Below, piece after piece: positions 39,771-50,527 of a stretch of 64,000 bases of DNA. The notes below the pieces were generated by a model, which saw nothing but the letters and a program-made list of their open reading frames with translations, was not told the DNA's origin and did not search any database. The position numbers and the translations under genes are program-made. Every line of letters starts with the position of its first letter. Within the stretch, counting starts at the first letter, position 1. Source of the stretch: an uncultured cyanobacterium (GTDB taxonomy: Bacteria > Cyanobacteriota > Cyanobacteriia > Cyanobacteriales > CAWCAG01); the NCBI GenBank assembly GCA_963803805.1, contig CAWDOD010000002.1, positions 1,120,001 to 1,184,000 of the forward strand. Direction: 5' to 3'.

Positions 39771-40727
39771 TTAATTTCCAGCATACAAAGATTTAATCCA
39801 TTGCCACTCCCTCTCTAGCCCTTCTGTTAAAGAAACTTGGGGATTGTAACCCAGCAACTTCTTAGCCTTAGAAACATCAGCACTGGTATGACGGGCATCT
39901 CCCATCGCTTTAGAGATATGATTTCTTTTGATAGGCTTGCCAACAATTTGTTCCATCGTCTCAAGAACATCTGCTAGGACAACACGACTACCACCACCAA
40001 TATTAAATACCTCTCCTACTGCTGCTGGGGCTTCTGCTGCTGCTAAATTAGCAGCGATCGCATCACTAACAAAAGTAAAATCTCTGGTTTGCTGTCCATC
40101 CCCATAAATAGGTATGGCTTCATCAGCTAAAACAGCTTTAAAAAACTTATGGAAAGCCATATCTGGCCGTTGGCGAGGTCCATATACCGTAAAGTAGCGC
40201 AAGGCAGTAACAGGAACTTGAAAATTTTGGTGATAAAGCCAGCAGAGGCGCTCTGCTGCTAGCTTCGTGATACCGTAGGGAGAAACAGGTTGAGGACAAA
40301 TAGTTTCTGGAGTGGGCATAGTTTCAGCGTTGCCGTACACAGAAGAAGTAGAAGCATAAACAAATCTCTTTAAAGAAGAAGCCTCTTTTGCTGCTTCTAG
40401 CATAATTTGTGTCGCATTAATATTACGTTCGGTGTAATGGCGAAAACCACCACCCCAACTAGCACGAACTCCCGCTTGGGCCGCTTGATGATAAACTACT
40501 TCCACATCTACTAAAAGTTTTGACCAATCCAAGGTTTGAATATCGGCTTCAATTAGTTCAAAATTAGGATGATCAAGAAAATTGGCTACATTCTTACGCT
40601 TCAGTTTAGTATCGTAATAATCATTAAATTGATCAACCCCAATAACTTTATTTCCTTGTTGCAAAAGTGTTTCTACTAAATGAGAAGCAATAAAACCAGC
40701 AACACCTGTAACAATATGAGTAGCCAT
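39771..40727 (-). CDS. NAD-dependent nucleotide-sugar epimerase/dehydratase
   Basis: TGVAGFIA, HQAAQAGVR, YGITK (YxxxK), FTVYGPRQRPDMA and RDFTFV. Confidence 0.93.
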   Translation of the reverse strand: MATHIVTGVAGFIASHLVETLLQQGNKVIGVDQFNDYYDTKLKRKNVANFLDHPNFELIEADIQTLDWSKLLVDVEVVYHQAAQAGVRASWGGGFRHYTERNINATQIMLEAAKEASSLKRFVYASTSSVYGNAETMPTPETICPQPVSPYGITKLAAERLCWLYHQNFQVPVTALRYFTVYGPRQRPDMAFHKFFKAVLADEAIPIYGDGQQTRDFTFVSDAIAANLAAAEAPAAVGEVFNIGGGSRVVLADVLETMEQIVGKPIKRNHISKAMGDARHTSADVSKAKKLLGYNPQVSLTEGLEREWQWIKSLYAGN

Positions 40728-40859
40728 AAATATTTATTTAGTTGAAGACCTTGGAGAGTGCAAAGATAGACGGATTCTGAACTATGATGGCACAGATTTT
40801 TGGTGATAATAGTGGCTTGAGGCCTTTTATACCAAATCCAATTCAAGTAGACTCGTTGA

Positions 40860-41005
40860 TATAGCAATTCTGAGTCAGGTGAGGTACACTCTTCTTTTCC
40901 CAATGTAGCCTGCGGCAAGGCTTACGCCAACCCCGCTCCCTGCTCCCTGCTCCCTACTCCCTTAAACTAGAAATTTAGTACCTTACAAGTAAGAGAATTG
41001 CTATA
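40860..41005. mobile_element. 146-bp MITE with TA ends (IS630/Tc1-mariner-like)
   Basis: Perfect 12-bp TIR TATAGCAATTCT/AGAATTGCTATA. Inner IR TGAGGTAC/GTACCTTA lies 20 nt from each end. Confidence 0.85.
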
Positions 41006-41015
41006 AATGTTATTA

Positions 41016-42146
41016 TCAAGCTTCCAGAAATTCATCTAAACTTGGTACATCTACCCAACGTTCTTCCTCATTTGCTTTGTGGGTTAAGTCCATTAATAGT
41101 TGAGAATAGACTCCTTCGCGTAAAGTAGGATTTTTAAGCTCCCCTGCATCTATTCCTTGTACCCAATTGTTGACGACACGAATGAAAGGTGCTAAACGCC
41201 CATCAGGGAACACTTGGGTAAAAGCGAGGTGTTTGGGAACTTCTACTATCCCCAGAGGTTTGCCTATAGTTGCGGCTTTGAGGCGGAAACCATGAACATA
41301 ATCTTTGAGGTTATCGCTGCCTAAAACTAATGTACCGCGATCGCCATATATTTCTAGCCAATGTCCTCTACCATGATGGGTAACAGAACTAATAGTAAGT
41401 TGACAAGGAGTGCCGTCAGCTAGTTCCATCATTACCATACAGGTGTCATCGGCATCTACAGGTTTTAATTTCCCTCCATCGCCAGGATCAGGGCGCTGGG
41501 GAATGGCACAGCTTAATTTACTACTTAATTTTTTGACTGGACTAAATAACCAGTTAATATAATCAAAAGCATGGGAACCTACTGCCCCTAATGCACCGCC
41601 TCCTTTATCTTTAAGGGAATACCAGTTCCAAGGGCGTTCAGGATTAGCACGGCTCACTACTAACCAATCGATTTTAATCAGACGTTTCTTGCCCACATAA
41701 TCATCAGCCAGATATTTTGCTAATAGTTGCCAAGCAGGTACGAAACGAAATTCAAAATCTGCTGCGGCGATAACTCCTTTTTCGGCGGCTAGATGGTAAA
41801 GTTCTCTGGTTTGAGCAGCATTCATTGTCATGGGCTTTTCCAATAGTAAATGCTTCCCTGCTGACAAAACCGTCTTAGCCATGTCGTAGTGTAAAAATGG
41901 TGGGGTGGCAATGCTCACTGCCTCTACTTCTGGTAGGGAAACAATTTCTGCTACGCTAGTACAGCCATGGGGAATATTGTACTGCTCAGCAATTTTTTTC
42001 GCCTTTTCCCTATCCCTGTGATATACCGCGACTACTTCTGTACGGGGATGATTTTGAAAGCCTGGTATATGAATTTTCTGCCCAAACCCAGTACCGACAA
42101 TAGCAATACCAATTTTGGGTTTGTTTTGGGGATAGAAGGAATTCAT
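41016..42146 (-). CDS. Gfo/Idh/MocA oxidoreductase
   Basis: IVGTGFG, IATPPFLH, GKHLLLEKP and GGGALGAVGSHAFD. Confidence 0.92.
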   Translation of the reverse strand: MNSFYPQNKPKIGIAIVGTGFGQKIHIPGFQNHPRTEVVAVYHRDREKAKKIAEQYNIPHGCTSVAEIVSLPEVEAVSIATPPFLHYDMAKTVLSAGKHLLLEKPMTMNAAQTRELYHLAAEKGVIAAADFEFRFVPAWQLLAKYLADDYVGKKRLIKIDWLVVSRANPERPWNWYSLKDKGGGALGAVGSHAFDYINWLFSPVKKLSSKLSCAIPQRPDPGDGGKLKPVDADDTCMVMMELADGTPCQLTISSVTHHGRGHWLEIYGDRGTLVLGSDNLKDYVHGFRLKAATIGKPLGIVEVPKHLAFTQVFPDGRLAPFIRVVNNWVQGIDAGELKNPTLREGVYSQLLMDLTHKANEEERWVDVPSLDEFLEA

Positions 42147-42237
42147 AAGTTAAAGATGTGTAGAAAAAGTCACTAATTATTAATTATCGGCTAGTTTCGT
42201 GATTTTGATAATTTTTCTATGCTCTCCCTGTCTCCTT

Positions 42238-44022
42238 TCAGGGTTTGACTAAGGTTTGTTTTTCAAGTTCGTAGTATTTATTGATTTGCTTTTTCTGTTG
42301 CCAGTTTGGATACCATAAAAACGCAACTAGGGGCAAACTTGTTGTTGCTAAAGCCCCTAATATGAATGGGTTAAATAAACCAAAAACCAATCCTGTACCG
42401 CAAGTCAATCCGCAAGTTATTGTTAGCAACAAGCTACTTAAAGCTAAACTTTTACTGAAGCCTCGGCTTAAGAACTCTTCTATTAAAGATTTTATTTCAT
42501 CCTTAGCTACAAACCAAACTATAGGACCAATGGTTGTACCAAATATACTACCAACAATAGCTCCTAAAGCTGTCCAGAAATCTCCAACTAATCCACTAGA
42601 GAACATAACTCCAAATCCAGCCCCAAAAACTGCCCCTAAAACAGCGCCAATTGTGGCACTAATGGTAGTTCCTCCCCAAGACATTTCTTTGGAGAAATAA
42701 AGGAACATAAATACATTACCGAATAAGGGCAAAGATAAAGGCAAAGCTAGGGATAAGATTGCATATCTAATAATTTGTAAATTAACTGTCCAATCAATTG
42801 CTAAACTAATTAGTAAACCAGCGATCGCAGCAGTAAAATAGGTTAAGAGAAGCTTTGAAGAAGGAAGTTTTTTGATTTCAGTTGCTACTGAAGCGGTGAC
42901 AACTTTGAGGGGGAAAATGTAAGGTTTTTCTCTAGTGTTAGTGTATAACAATAATTCTCGTTGATAAACTTGGTCAGCCAGTAACTTACTAGTATCAACT
43001 TTAATTTGGCATTTAACCCAATTTTGCTCAAATTCTTGTGGTGTAATACTAAGCCAATTAGAAATATCATTGGGGTGAGGGGCGATTAACCAATTACCTG
43101 CTAAGGTTGTTTCTTTAACTGAATTTTTAATAATAATATTTTTGCTTAATTTTTGACTTAATTTCTTAGCTTGAAAGTTAAATTGAGCAACACTAAGTTC
43201 TGTTTGTGCTAAGGCAAGTATTTCAAAATTCTCAAGTCCTTGTAACGCTTCCTGAGCATCGGCAAATCTATTTCTGGGGTTAGGTTCTACCATCTTTTCT
43301 AACCAAGCAACAAACCGCCTGTTTAATTGGGGAAGTAAATGCTTAAACTCGAAGCGATAGGGATTATCTGTGGTAGTTAATTCATGAATTTCTGTAGACT
43401 TCCTGCCCGTCAATAAACAAATTAAAGTTGCCCCTAAACTATACAAATCTGAGGCTTTTGTTGGTTGTCGAACTTGCTCAGGAGGAATAAAACCGGGGGT
43501 TCCTTTGAAAACACTACTACTAGAAATTTCTCGACTCCCCAAACTAGCTAAACCAAAATCAATTAAATAAACATTCAACTTGCTATCAACTAAAATATTT
43601 TCTGGTTTAATATCCCGATGTAAAATAGGAGGTAGACGATTTTGTAAGTAAACTAGTATTTCTAGAATAGCAACAGCAATAGTTTTAATTTCTTCAGGAG
43701 AAAAGGAACGAATTAAAGCGAGGGAAGAAGCATTTTTATACTCTTGAATTAAACAAAAGCCATCTTTTGTAGGAAAGCTATCTAAATAGTGAGGAATGCC
43801 GGGATGATTAAGTCCTTGGAGTATGGAAATTTCTCGTTCATAAAGCTCAAAACCAGACCAACTAGAACCTGCTGTTGCAAAACGAAATTGCTTCAGAACC
43901 GCTTCTCGATTAGTATTTACCTCTGTTACCAACCAAGTAATACGTCCTCCTTCCAAGTTACGTCCTAACTCCCTAATAATTTCATAACCTTGGCTAGACA
44001 AATCAAGTAGGTTATCATTCAT
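42238..44022 (-). CDS. Hanks-type Ser/Thr kinase with C-terminal multi-TM Gly-rich region
   Basis: VLK, HRDIKPEN, DFG, GTPGFIPPE and DLYSLG, followed by hydrophobic GxxxG repeats. Confidence 0.92.
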   Translation of the reverse strand: MNDNLLDLSSQGYEIIRELGRNLEGGRITWLVTEVNTNREAVLKQFRFATAGSSWSGFELYEREISILQGLNHPGIPHYLDSFPTKDGFCLIQEYKNASSLALIRSFSPEEIKTIAVAILEILVYLQNRLPPILHRDIKPENILVDSKLNVYLIDFGLASLGSREISSSSVFKGTPGFIPPEQVRQPTKASDLYSLGATLICLLTGRKSTEIHELTTTDNPYRFEFKHLLPQLNRRFVAWLEKMVEPNPRNRFADAQEALQGLENFEILALAQTELSVAQFNFQAKKLSQKLSKNIIIKNSVKETTLAGNWLIAPHPNDISNWLSITPQEFEQNWVKCQIKVDTSKLLADQVYQRELLLYTNTREKPYIFPLKVVTASVATEIKKLPSSKLLLTYFTAAIAGLLISLAIDWTVNLQIIRYAILSLALPLSLPLFGNVFMFLYFSKEMSWGGTTISATIGAVLGAVFGAGFGVMFSSGLVGDFWTALGAIVGSIFGTTIGPIVWFVAKDEIKSLIEEFLSRGFSKSLALSSLLLTITCGLTCGTGLVFGLFNPFILGALATTSLPLVAFLWYPNWQQKKQINKYYELEKQTLVKP

Positions 44023-44114
44023 TTAACATTTAACATTTATCACTTATTACCTAAATTCTAGCTTATGATCCATTAAGCTGTTGCACCTTCAAACAATTAT
44101 CAATTATCAATTAG

Positions 44115-47100
44115 CTAAAGATTCTCTTCTTCTATAATTGCATCCCGATCTAATAAAAGTAAGTTTCTTAGTTGGTCTGTATCCATTTTTGTTAACCATT
44201 GTTCCCCTGCATCTACAGTTTGTTCTGCTAACTGTTTTTTACTTTCAATAATGTCATTAATTCTTTCTTCTAAAGTACCATTGCAAACAAATTTATGAAC
44301 CTGGACATTACGTTTTTGACCGATACGAAAAGCCCTATCAGTAGCCTGATTTTCTACTGCCGGGTTCCACCATCTATCCACATGAAAAACGTGATTAGCC
44401 CTGGTTAAATTAAGTCCTGTTCCCCCTGCTTTTAAAGAAAGAATAAGTAATCTTGGCCCTTCAGGATCATTCTGAAAACGGTCAATCATAGCTTCTCTTT
44501 GAACCCGACGAGTTGCACCGTATAAAAAGAGAACTTCTCCCCCTAACTTTCTTTCTAGATAGGGTTGAAGTAGTTTGCCCCATTCTGCAAATTGGGTAAA
44601 AATCAAAGCGCGATCGCCTTCTGCCACTACTTCTTCTAACATTTCTTCTAAACGTAGTAATTTACCAGAACGTTCAGCCGATTTAATAGTTTTCTCTTTT
44701 AAAAAATGGGCAGGATGGTTACAAACTTGCTTGAGCTTTAGTAGGAGAGTTAGAATTAAACCATGGCGCTTAATGCCATCTACAGCTTCAATTTCTTTTA
44801 AGGATTTATCTACTAATTGTTGATATAATACGGCTTGTTCTTCTGACAAACCGCAAAACACATTCATCTCTTGCTTCTCTGGCAAATCTTGAATGATTTT
44901 TTTATCAGTTTTGAGACGGCGGAGAATGAAAGGTTGTACTAAAGAACGTAAAATTTGTAGAGAGTCACGATCACCATATTTTTCAATGGGAATTGCAAAG
45001 CGGCGTTGGAAAAATTGCTTGGTTCCTAAATAGCCTGGATTGAGAAAATCTAAAATCGACCACAACTCAGAAAGGCGATTTTCCACCGGGGTTCCTGTTA
45101 AGGCAATGCGAAAACCTGCGGGCAATTCTCTAACTGCTTTGGATTGTTTAGCCTGGGGATTTTTGACATTTTGGGCTTCATCTAAAACAATACCTTCCCA
45201 CTCAACCTTTTCTAAGGTTTTGAGATCGCGATAAATGAGGGCATAACTAGTAATAACTAAATTTTTCTTAGCAACTTGCTTAAGAAAATTATTGCCTTTG
45301 TTCCGTTTATCACCGTGGTGAACTACCACCGATAAACTAGGGGCAAATTTATGAATTTCTCTCTCCCAATTACCTAATACAGAAGTAGGACAAACTATTA
45401 AAGTGGGGGCAGATAAAGTTTCTTTTTCTTTGAGATGTAAAATCAAACCAATTAACTGTGCTGTTTTACCTAAACCCATGTCATCTGCTAAACAAGCACC
45501 CAAACCCCAGCGTTCTAAAAATGCTAACCAACTCACTCCTCGAAGTTGGTAAGGACGTAGGGTTCCTTGGAATTTTTCGGGAACCTTAATGGTTTTAATA
45601 GACTGATTATTATTGAGATTATCAATTAACTCTTTTAGTACTCCAGAAGCTTGGAAATCAACGACAGGTAATTTGGCTAAAGTTTGAGTATCTCCTTGAC
45701 TTAAACGTAGGGCATCTTCTACTGATAAATCCAGATTTTCATTTTGAGAAGATAAGACTGCTTGAGCTGCTTTTACATCGGCTGGTTGCAAGGCCAGCCA
45801 TTCCCCATCTACCTCAACTAAAGGGGATTTTTGTGCTAGCAAGCGTTCAAAATCTTGCTTAGAAAGAGTCTTGTCACCAATGGCAATATTTAATTTAAAA
45901 TTAAGTAAACTTTGCAATCCCAAACGCTTCTTCCCATCAGCTACTTGAGCTTTAATACTAACCCCTAAACGTTTTTCGTTACTTCCCGGAGTTAAGCCAG
46001 GAGGGAAAAGCACACCTAAACCATTATCTTGAAATTGCCAAGCGATCGCCCGAATAAATTCATAAACTTGAATCGGATTCAATTCACAAACAACAGGCCG
46101 ACTTTCTTCTAGAGTCACCTTAATTGGTTCATAAATTCGAGCAGCTAAACCTAAACCTTTAAGCAAAGTTTCTTGGGGCTGTTCAATTGTCCTATTCTCA
46201 ATGGTGATTTGTTCGGCTGGATATTGCCAAATATCTACTGCGGAAACTAAGAAATCTTCATCATCAATAGAGCGCAAATAATAATCGAGAAACCAATCTC
46301 CCCCAACTTCTTCCGGTGGTTCCAGGGCAAAACAAGTGCGAAAAGGATTTTGTCCCAACTGGTAAGCAAGAGGATCAACTAAATAGTCTTGTAAGGGCAA
46401 TTTCCACCGAGAAATAATTCTTTCCCACCCTTTAGTTAAACTTGGAGCTATTTCTAACTGATTTTCTGTTTGTGAAAGGGCTTGTAACCAAACTTTTATC
46501 TCACTTTCTTTACTAGGTTTGATATTAGTAGTCAGCCACTTTCTAATCCTAAAATCGATAACATAATTCAAAAAAGACAATAACAACTCTTGGGCTTCAA
46601 TATCTTCTTGATAAGCAAGACAAGCAGCAGGCATCAAACGAATGAATTTAGCTAAAAGTTCTTGATCAACAGCACTATCAAGCAAAGGCTGCCAAAAGGC
46701 AACCTCTTCTCCTTCCTGGGGTGAAAACAATCCCGGTAAGAATTTCCCCCTAGCTAAGATATCTAAACTCCAACGATAAACCTGACACCAAAAACGCAAC
46801 TCTGTACCCACATAATTATCTTCACTTTGGAAAGAAGTTAGGGGTAAACTATGCAAAAATTCTGCTGCTTCTTGGGTTTTAAGGACGTATCCTCCTATTT
46901 GCCAAGGTTCTAAACTAAGGGAAGCAAAATCAGTAACATTAGCGTTCGATAAAACCGGAACTAATTCTTTTTCCTTTGGCTTAGTTTTACTTTTCCCTTT
47001 ATTTTTTCCCTGATCTTCTTTTTGATAGCTAGGCAAAGTAACAATTTGTGTTTGCCACTTTTTCTCCTCCCCCGGAAGCTGATAGGATTGCCACAAAGCC

Positions 47101-47249
47101 TCTAACTCTTCTTCGTTGGTACTGTAGGGATGACAGGGAAACTTTGTTGGTTTAGTTTCTTCTGTAGTGAGGTTACGCCAGGTTTCTCCCCAAACAAAGA
47201 AATAGCCCTGATGAGATTGAAGAATCCAACTGCCATGTAGAGTTGCCAT
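44115..47249 (-). CDS. SNF2-family helicase/ATPase
   Basis: LRPYQ, LADDMGLGKT, DEAQ, LTGTPVEN and WWNPAVENQATDRAFRIGQ. Confidence 0.95.
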   Translation of the reverse strand: MATLHGSWILQSHQGYFFVWGETWRNLTTEETKPTKFPCHPYSTNEEELEALWQSYQLPGEEKKWQTQIVTLPSYQKEDQGKNKGKSKTKPKEKELVPVLSNANVTDFASLSLEPWQIGGYVLKTQEAAEFLHSLPLTSFQSEDNYVGTELRFWCQVYRWSLDILARGKFLPGLFSPQEGEEVAFWQPLLDSAVDQELLAKFIRLMPAACLAYQEDIEAQELLLSFLNYVIDFRIRKWLTTNIKPSKESEIKVWLQALSQTENQLEIAPSLTKGWERIISRWKLPLQDYLVDPLAYQLGQNPFRTCFALEPPEEVGGDWFLDYYLRSIDDEDFLVSAVDIWQYPAEQITIENRTIEQPQETLLKGLGLAARIYEPIKVTLEESRPVVCELNPIQVYEFIRAIAWQFQDNGLGVLFPPGLTPGSNEKRLGVSIKAQVADGKKRLGLQSLLNFKLNIAIGDKTLSKQDFERLLAQKSPLVEVDGEWLALQPADVKAAQAVLSSQNENLDLSVEDALRLSQGDTQTLAKLPVVDFQASGVLKELIDNLNNNQSIKTIKVPEKFQGTLRPYQLRGVSWLAFLERWGLGACLADDMGLGKTAQLIGLILHLKEKETLSAPTLIVCPTSVLGNWEREIHKFAPSLSVVVHHGDKRNKGNNFLKQVAKKNLVITSYALIYRDLKTLEKVEWEGIVLDEAQNVKNPQAKQSKAVRELPAGFRIALTGTPVENRLSELWSILDFLNPGYLGTKQFFQRRFAIPIEKYGDRDSLQILRSLVQPFILRRLKTDKKIIQDLPEKQEMNVFCGLSEEQAVLYQQLVDKSLKEIEAVDGIKRHGLILTLLLKLKQVCNHPAHFLKEKTIKSAERSGKLLRLEEMLEEVVAEGDRALIFTQFAEWGKLLQPYLERKLGGEVLFLYGATRRVQREAMIDRFQNDPEGPRLLILSLKAGGTGLNLTRANHVFHVDRWWNPAVENQATDRAFRIGQKRNVQVHKFVCNGTLEERINDIIESKKQLAEQTVDAGEQWLTKMDTDQLRNLLLLDRDAIIEEENL

Positions 47250-47444
47250 GTTTTTAGTTTAAGTTAGGAGGAGAAGGGAAAGCTTAAAAAGCACTCTATT
47301 TATTTAAACCCAGTTTAACCCCATTACCCCTACCAACGCCTAAGCAGGTGAAGAAGTAGCCATTAAATTAATAATTCATCAATTCAGAAAGTGCTAGGAT
47401 CGCTGCTAGAAAGTAAAAGCGACGAAAATAAGGAAAAGTTTTGA

Positions 47445-49594
47445 ATGCAAGAGATGGAAAAGTCAATATCCTTTGATGGACGGGATATTCGACTCAAGAT
47501 TGGTCTGCTAGCTCCCCAGGCAGGAGGTTCAGTTTTAATAGAATCAGGGGAAACTTCTGTTTTAGTAACAGCAACCCGCGCTGAGGGTAGAGAAGGAATT
47601 GATTTTTTACCTTTATTAGTTGATTACGAAGAAAGACTCTATGCAGGAGGGAAAATTCCTGGTAGTTTCCTGCGTAGAGAAGGAAGACCCTCAGAAAAAG
47701 CAACTCTCACTTGTCGTTTAATTGATCGCCCTCTACGCCCTTTATTTCCTCAGTGGTTGCGAGATGATATTCAAATTATCGCCACTACCATGTCCATGGA
47801 CCCCCAAGTTCCCCCGGATGTTTTGGCGGTAACGGGAGCTTCTATTGCTGTACTCTTAGCCCAAATCCCCTTTAATGGTCCCATGGCAGCAGTACGGGTG
47901 GGCTTAGTTGGGGATGATTTTATTATTAACCCCACCTATAAAGAAATACGAGAAGGGGACTTAGATTTAATTGTTGCCGGTTCCCCTGACGGAGTTGTGA
48001 TGGTAGAAGCGGGGGCTAACGAATTACCAGAACAGGATATTATCGAAGCCATTGATTTTGGTTACGAAGCTGTTCAGGACTTGATTGAAGCTCAAAATGC
48101 CATCCTCAAAGAATTGGGGCTAGAATTAGTCACTGAGGCAGAGCCGGAAGTTGATTCTACCTTAGAAGAATTTGTCAGCGATCGCGCCACCGCCGGAATC
48201 AAAAAAGTTCTCGCCAACTACGATTTCGATAAACACGCTAGGGACGAAGCTTTAGAGCAGCTTAAAGAAGCAGAAGTTATCGAAGCGATCGCTCAATTAC
48301 CAGAAGAAGATCCTCTTCAAGTTGCCGTAGCAGAAAATAGCAAAGCCGTAGGTAAAGTCTTTAAAAAGATCACCAAAAAACTGATGCGGGCGCAAATTGT
48401 TGAAGAAGGGATTCGGGTTGATGGTCGTAAATTAGATCAGGTACGGCCTATTTCCTGTCGTGTGGGACTCCTACCCAGACGGGTTCACGGTGCAGGATTA
48501 TTTGCTCGTGGACTAACCCAAGTCCTATCTATCGCCACCCTAGGAACTCCAGGTAATGCTCAAGATTTAGGGGACGATCTTCACCCCCAAGATGAAAAAC
48601 GCTACCTCCACCACTATAACTTCCCACCCTATTCCGTGGGAGAAACTAGACCGATGCGTTCTCCCGGAAGAAGAGAAATTGGTCACGGTGCGTTAGCGGA
48701 AAGGGCTTATTACCTATACTTCCTCCTAAAGAAGAGTTCCCCTATGTCATTCGCGTTGTCTCAGAAGTACTCTCTTCTAATGGTTCTACTTCTATGGGGT
48801 CTGTGTGCGGCTCTACCCTAGCATTAATGGATGCAGGAGTACCGATAACCAAACCCGTGAGTGGGGCGGCTATGGGCTTAATTAAAGAAGGAGAAGAAGT
48901 TCGCATTCTCACGGATATTCAAGGAATAGAAGACTTTCTAGGGGATATGGATTTCAAAGTTGCAGGAACCGATACTGGTATCACTGCTTTGCAAATGGAT
49001 ATGAAAATTACCGGTCTTCCTGTAGAGATCATTGCCAACGCCATCGCCCAAGCCAAACCAGCCCGACTGCATATCCTAGAAAAGATGCTGGCTACCATAG
49101 AAGAGCCTCGCACCAACCTTTCTAATTATGCACCGCGCTTACTAACCCTGAAAATCAACCCTGACCTCATTGGTTTAGTTATCGGGCCTGGAGGTAAAAC
49201 CGTTAAAGGTATTACCGAAGAAACCGGGGCTAAGGTAGATATTGAAGATGATGGCACTGTTACCGTCTCAGCAGTGGAAGGAGATAAAGCCGAAAAAGCG
49301 GCGAAGATTATTCGGGATATGACCCGTAAGCTCAACGAAGGAGATGTCTGCGTTGGTAAAGTTACTCGCATTATCCCCATCGGTGCTTTCGTCGAAATCA
49401 TGCCCAAAAAAGAAGGGATGATTCATATTTCTCAACTAGCTGAACACCGGGTAGGTAAAGTAGAAGATGAAGTTGCCGTAGGAGATGAGGTGGTAGTTAA
49501 GGTACGGGAATTAGATAGTAAAGGTCGCATCAACCTAACCCGTCTAAACATTCACCCCGACGAAGCCGCCGCCGCCCGCGCCACCGCAGATTAA
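47445..49594 (+). CDS. pnp: Polynucleotide phosphorylase, split by a 1-nt frameshift at about 48707
   Basis: RNase PH domains (DFLPL, RRE, RREIGHG), DxxGDMD, KH domain (IGPGG) and S1 domain. One extra T restores [34 protein letters not shown]. Confidence 0.95.
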
Positions 49595-49652
49595 ATTTAA
49601 CGTAACGGTAAGACCCATTGTCCCTGCCGTTACCAATATCTCAAAAAATAGA

Positions 49653-49713
49653 GTAAGGGTAGGTTTATCTAGATTTCAGGCGACAGCATAGATTTTGTAA
49701 AACCTACCCCTGC
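49653..49713. repeat. Degenerate GTAG-type REP/REPIN-like element
   Basis: GTAAGGGTAGGTTT-N33-AAACCTACCCCTGC, with the same size and arms as 29425..29484. Confidence 0.7.
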
Positions 49714-49766
49714 AATAAATTTTTAATTCTGAACTTACCATTGCTCCCTGCCCTAACCAATAACCT

Positions 49767-50381
49767 ATGCCACAAGACAACTTAACCACCGAACAATATC
49801 AGCAAAAAATGCAGCGACGCAAAGAGATACAAGCAAAAAGATTAGCTGAGCGATCGCAAGAAAAAGGTTTAATTATTGTTCATACAGGTAATGGTAAGGG
49901 GAAAACCACTGCGGCTTTAGGTATGGTACTCCGTTCTTTGGGTCATGGTTATAAAGTGGCCATTATCCAATTTATTAAAGGAGCCTGGGAACCGGCAGAA
50001 AAAGAAGTATTTAGTCATTGGCCAGAACAATTGGTTTTTCAAGCTTTAGGAGAAGGTTTCACCTGGGAAACCCAAGACAGAGAAAGAGACAGGCAAAAAG
50101 CTAATCAAGCTTGGCAAACAGCCCTGCAATATATCCGCGATCCTGAATATAAGTTTGTTCTTTTAGATGAAGTTAATATTGCCTTAAAACATGGTTACTT
50201 AGATATTGAAACAGTGCTACAGGGTTTAGCCGAAAAACCTGACGACTCCCATGTAGCCCTCACCGGAAGAGGCGCTCCCCCTAGCTTAATAGAAAAAGCA
50301 GACTTGGTAACAGAAATGACTCTGGTTAAACATCCTTTTCGTGAACAAGGAGTCAAAGCCCAACCAGGAATCGAATATTAA
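49767..50381 (+). CDS. cobO: Cob(I)alamin adenosyltransferase
   Basis: HTGNGKGKTTAA, QFIKG, LDE, TGR and KHPF. Confidence 0.96.
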   Translation: MPQDNLTTEQYQQKMQRRKEIQAKRLAERSQEKGLIIVHTGNGKGKTTAALGMVLRSLGHGYKVAIIQFIKGAWEPAEKEVFSHWPEQLVFQALGEGFTWETQDRERDRQKANQAWQTALQYIRDPEYKFVLLDEVNIALKHGYLDIETVLQGLAEKPDDSHVALTGRGAPPSLIEKADLVTEMTLVKHPFREQGVKAQPGIEY

Positions 50382-50452
50382 TAACTAATAGCTAGTTGGA
50401 AACCTTATTTGACCCCTGACCCTTGACCCCACTCCTTTTTCTATGAGATTTA

Positions 50453-50491
50453 GTTACAAATCTTTATAAGTTAGCCCTTCTAGCGTATACT
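50453..50491 (+). promoter_or_regulatory. HLR1-like repeat plus TATACT -10 upstream of crtR
   Basis: GTTACAAA-TC-TTTATAAG at 50453..50470 and TATACT near 50486. Confidence 0.45.
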
Positions 50492-50527
50492 ACGCGGAGA
50501 AAGCATAGAAAGGAGCAATAAGCGAAT

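Noticed and set aside
40676..40918. 80-aa minus-strand ORF
   Set aside because: It begins inside the MITE and overlaps the epimerase start out of frame.
44115..47249. SNF2 helicase plus Ser/Thr kinase as a defence island
   Set aside because: No methylase, nuclease or SWIM partner is adjacent, and the flanking genes are core.
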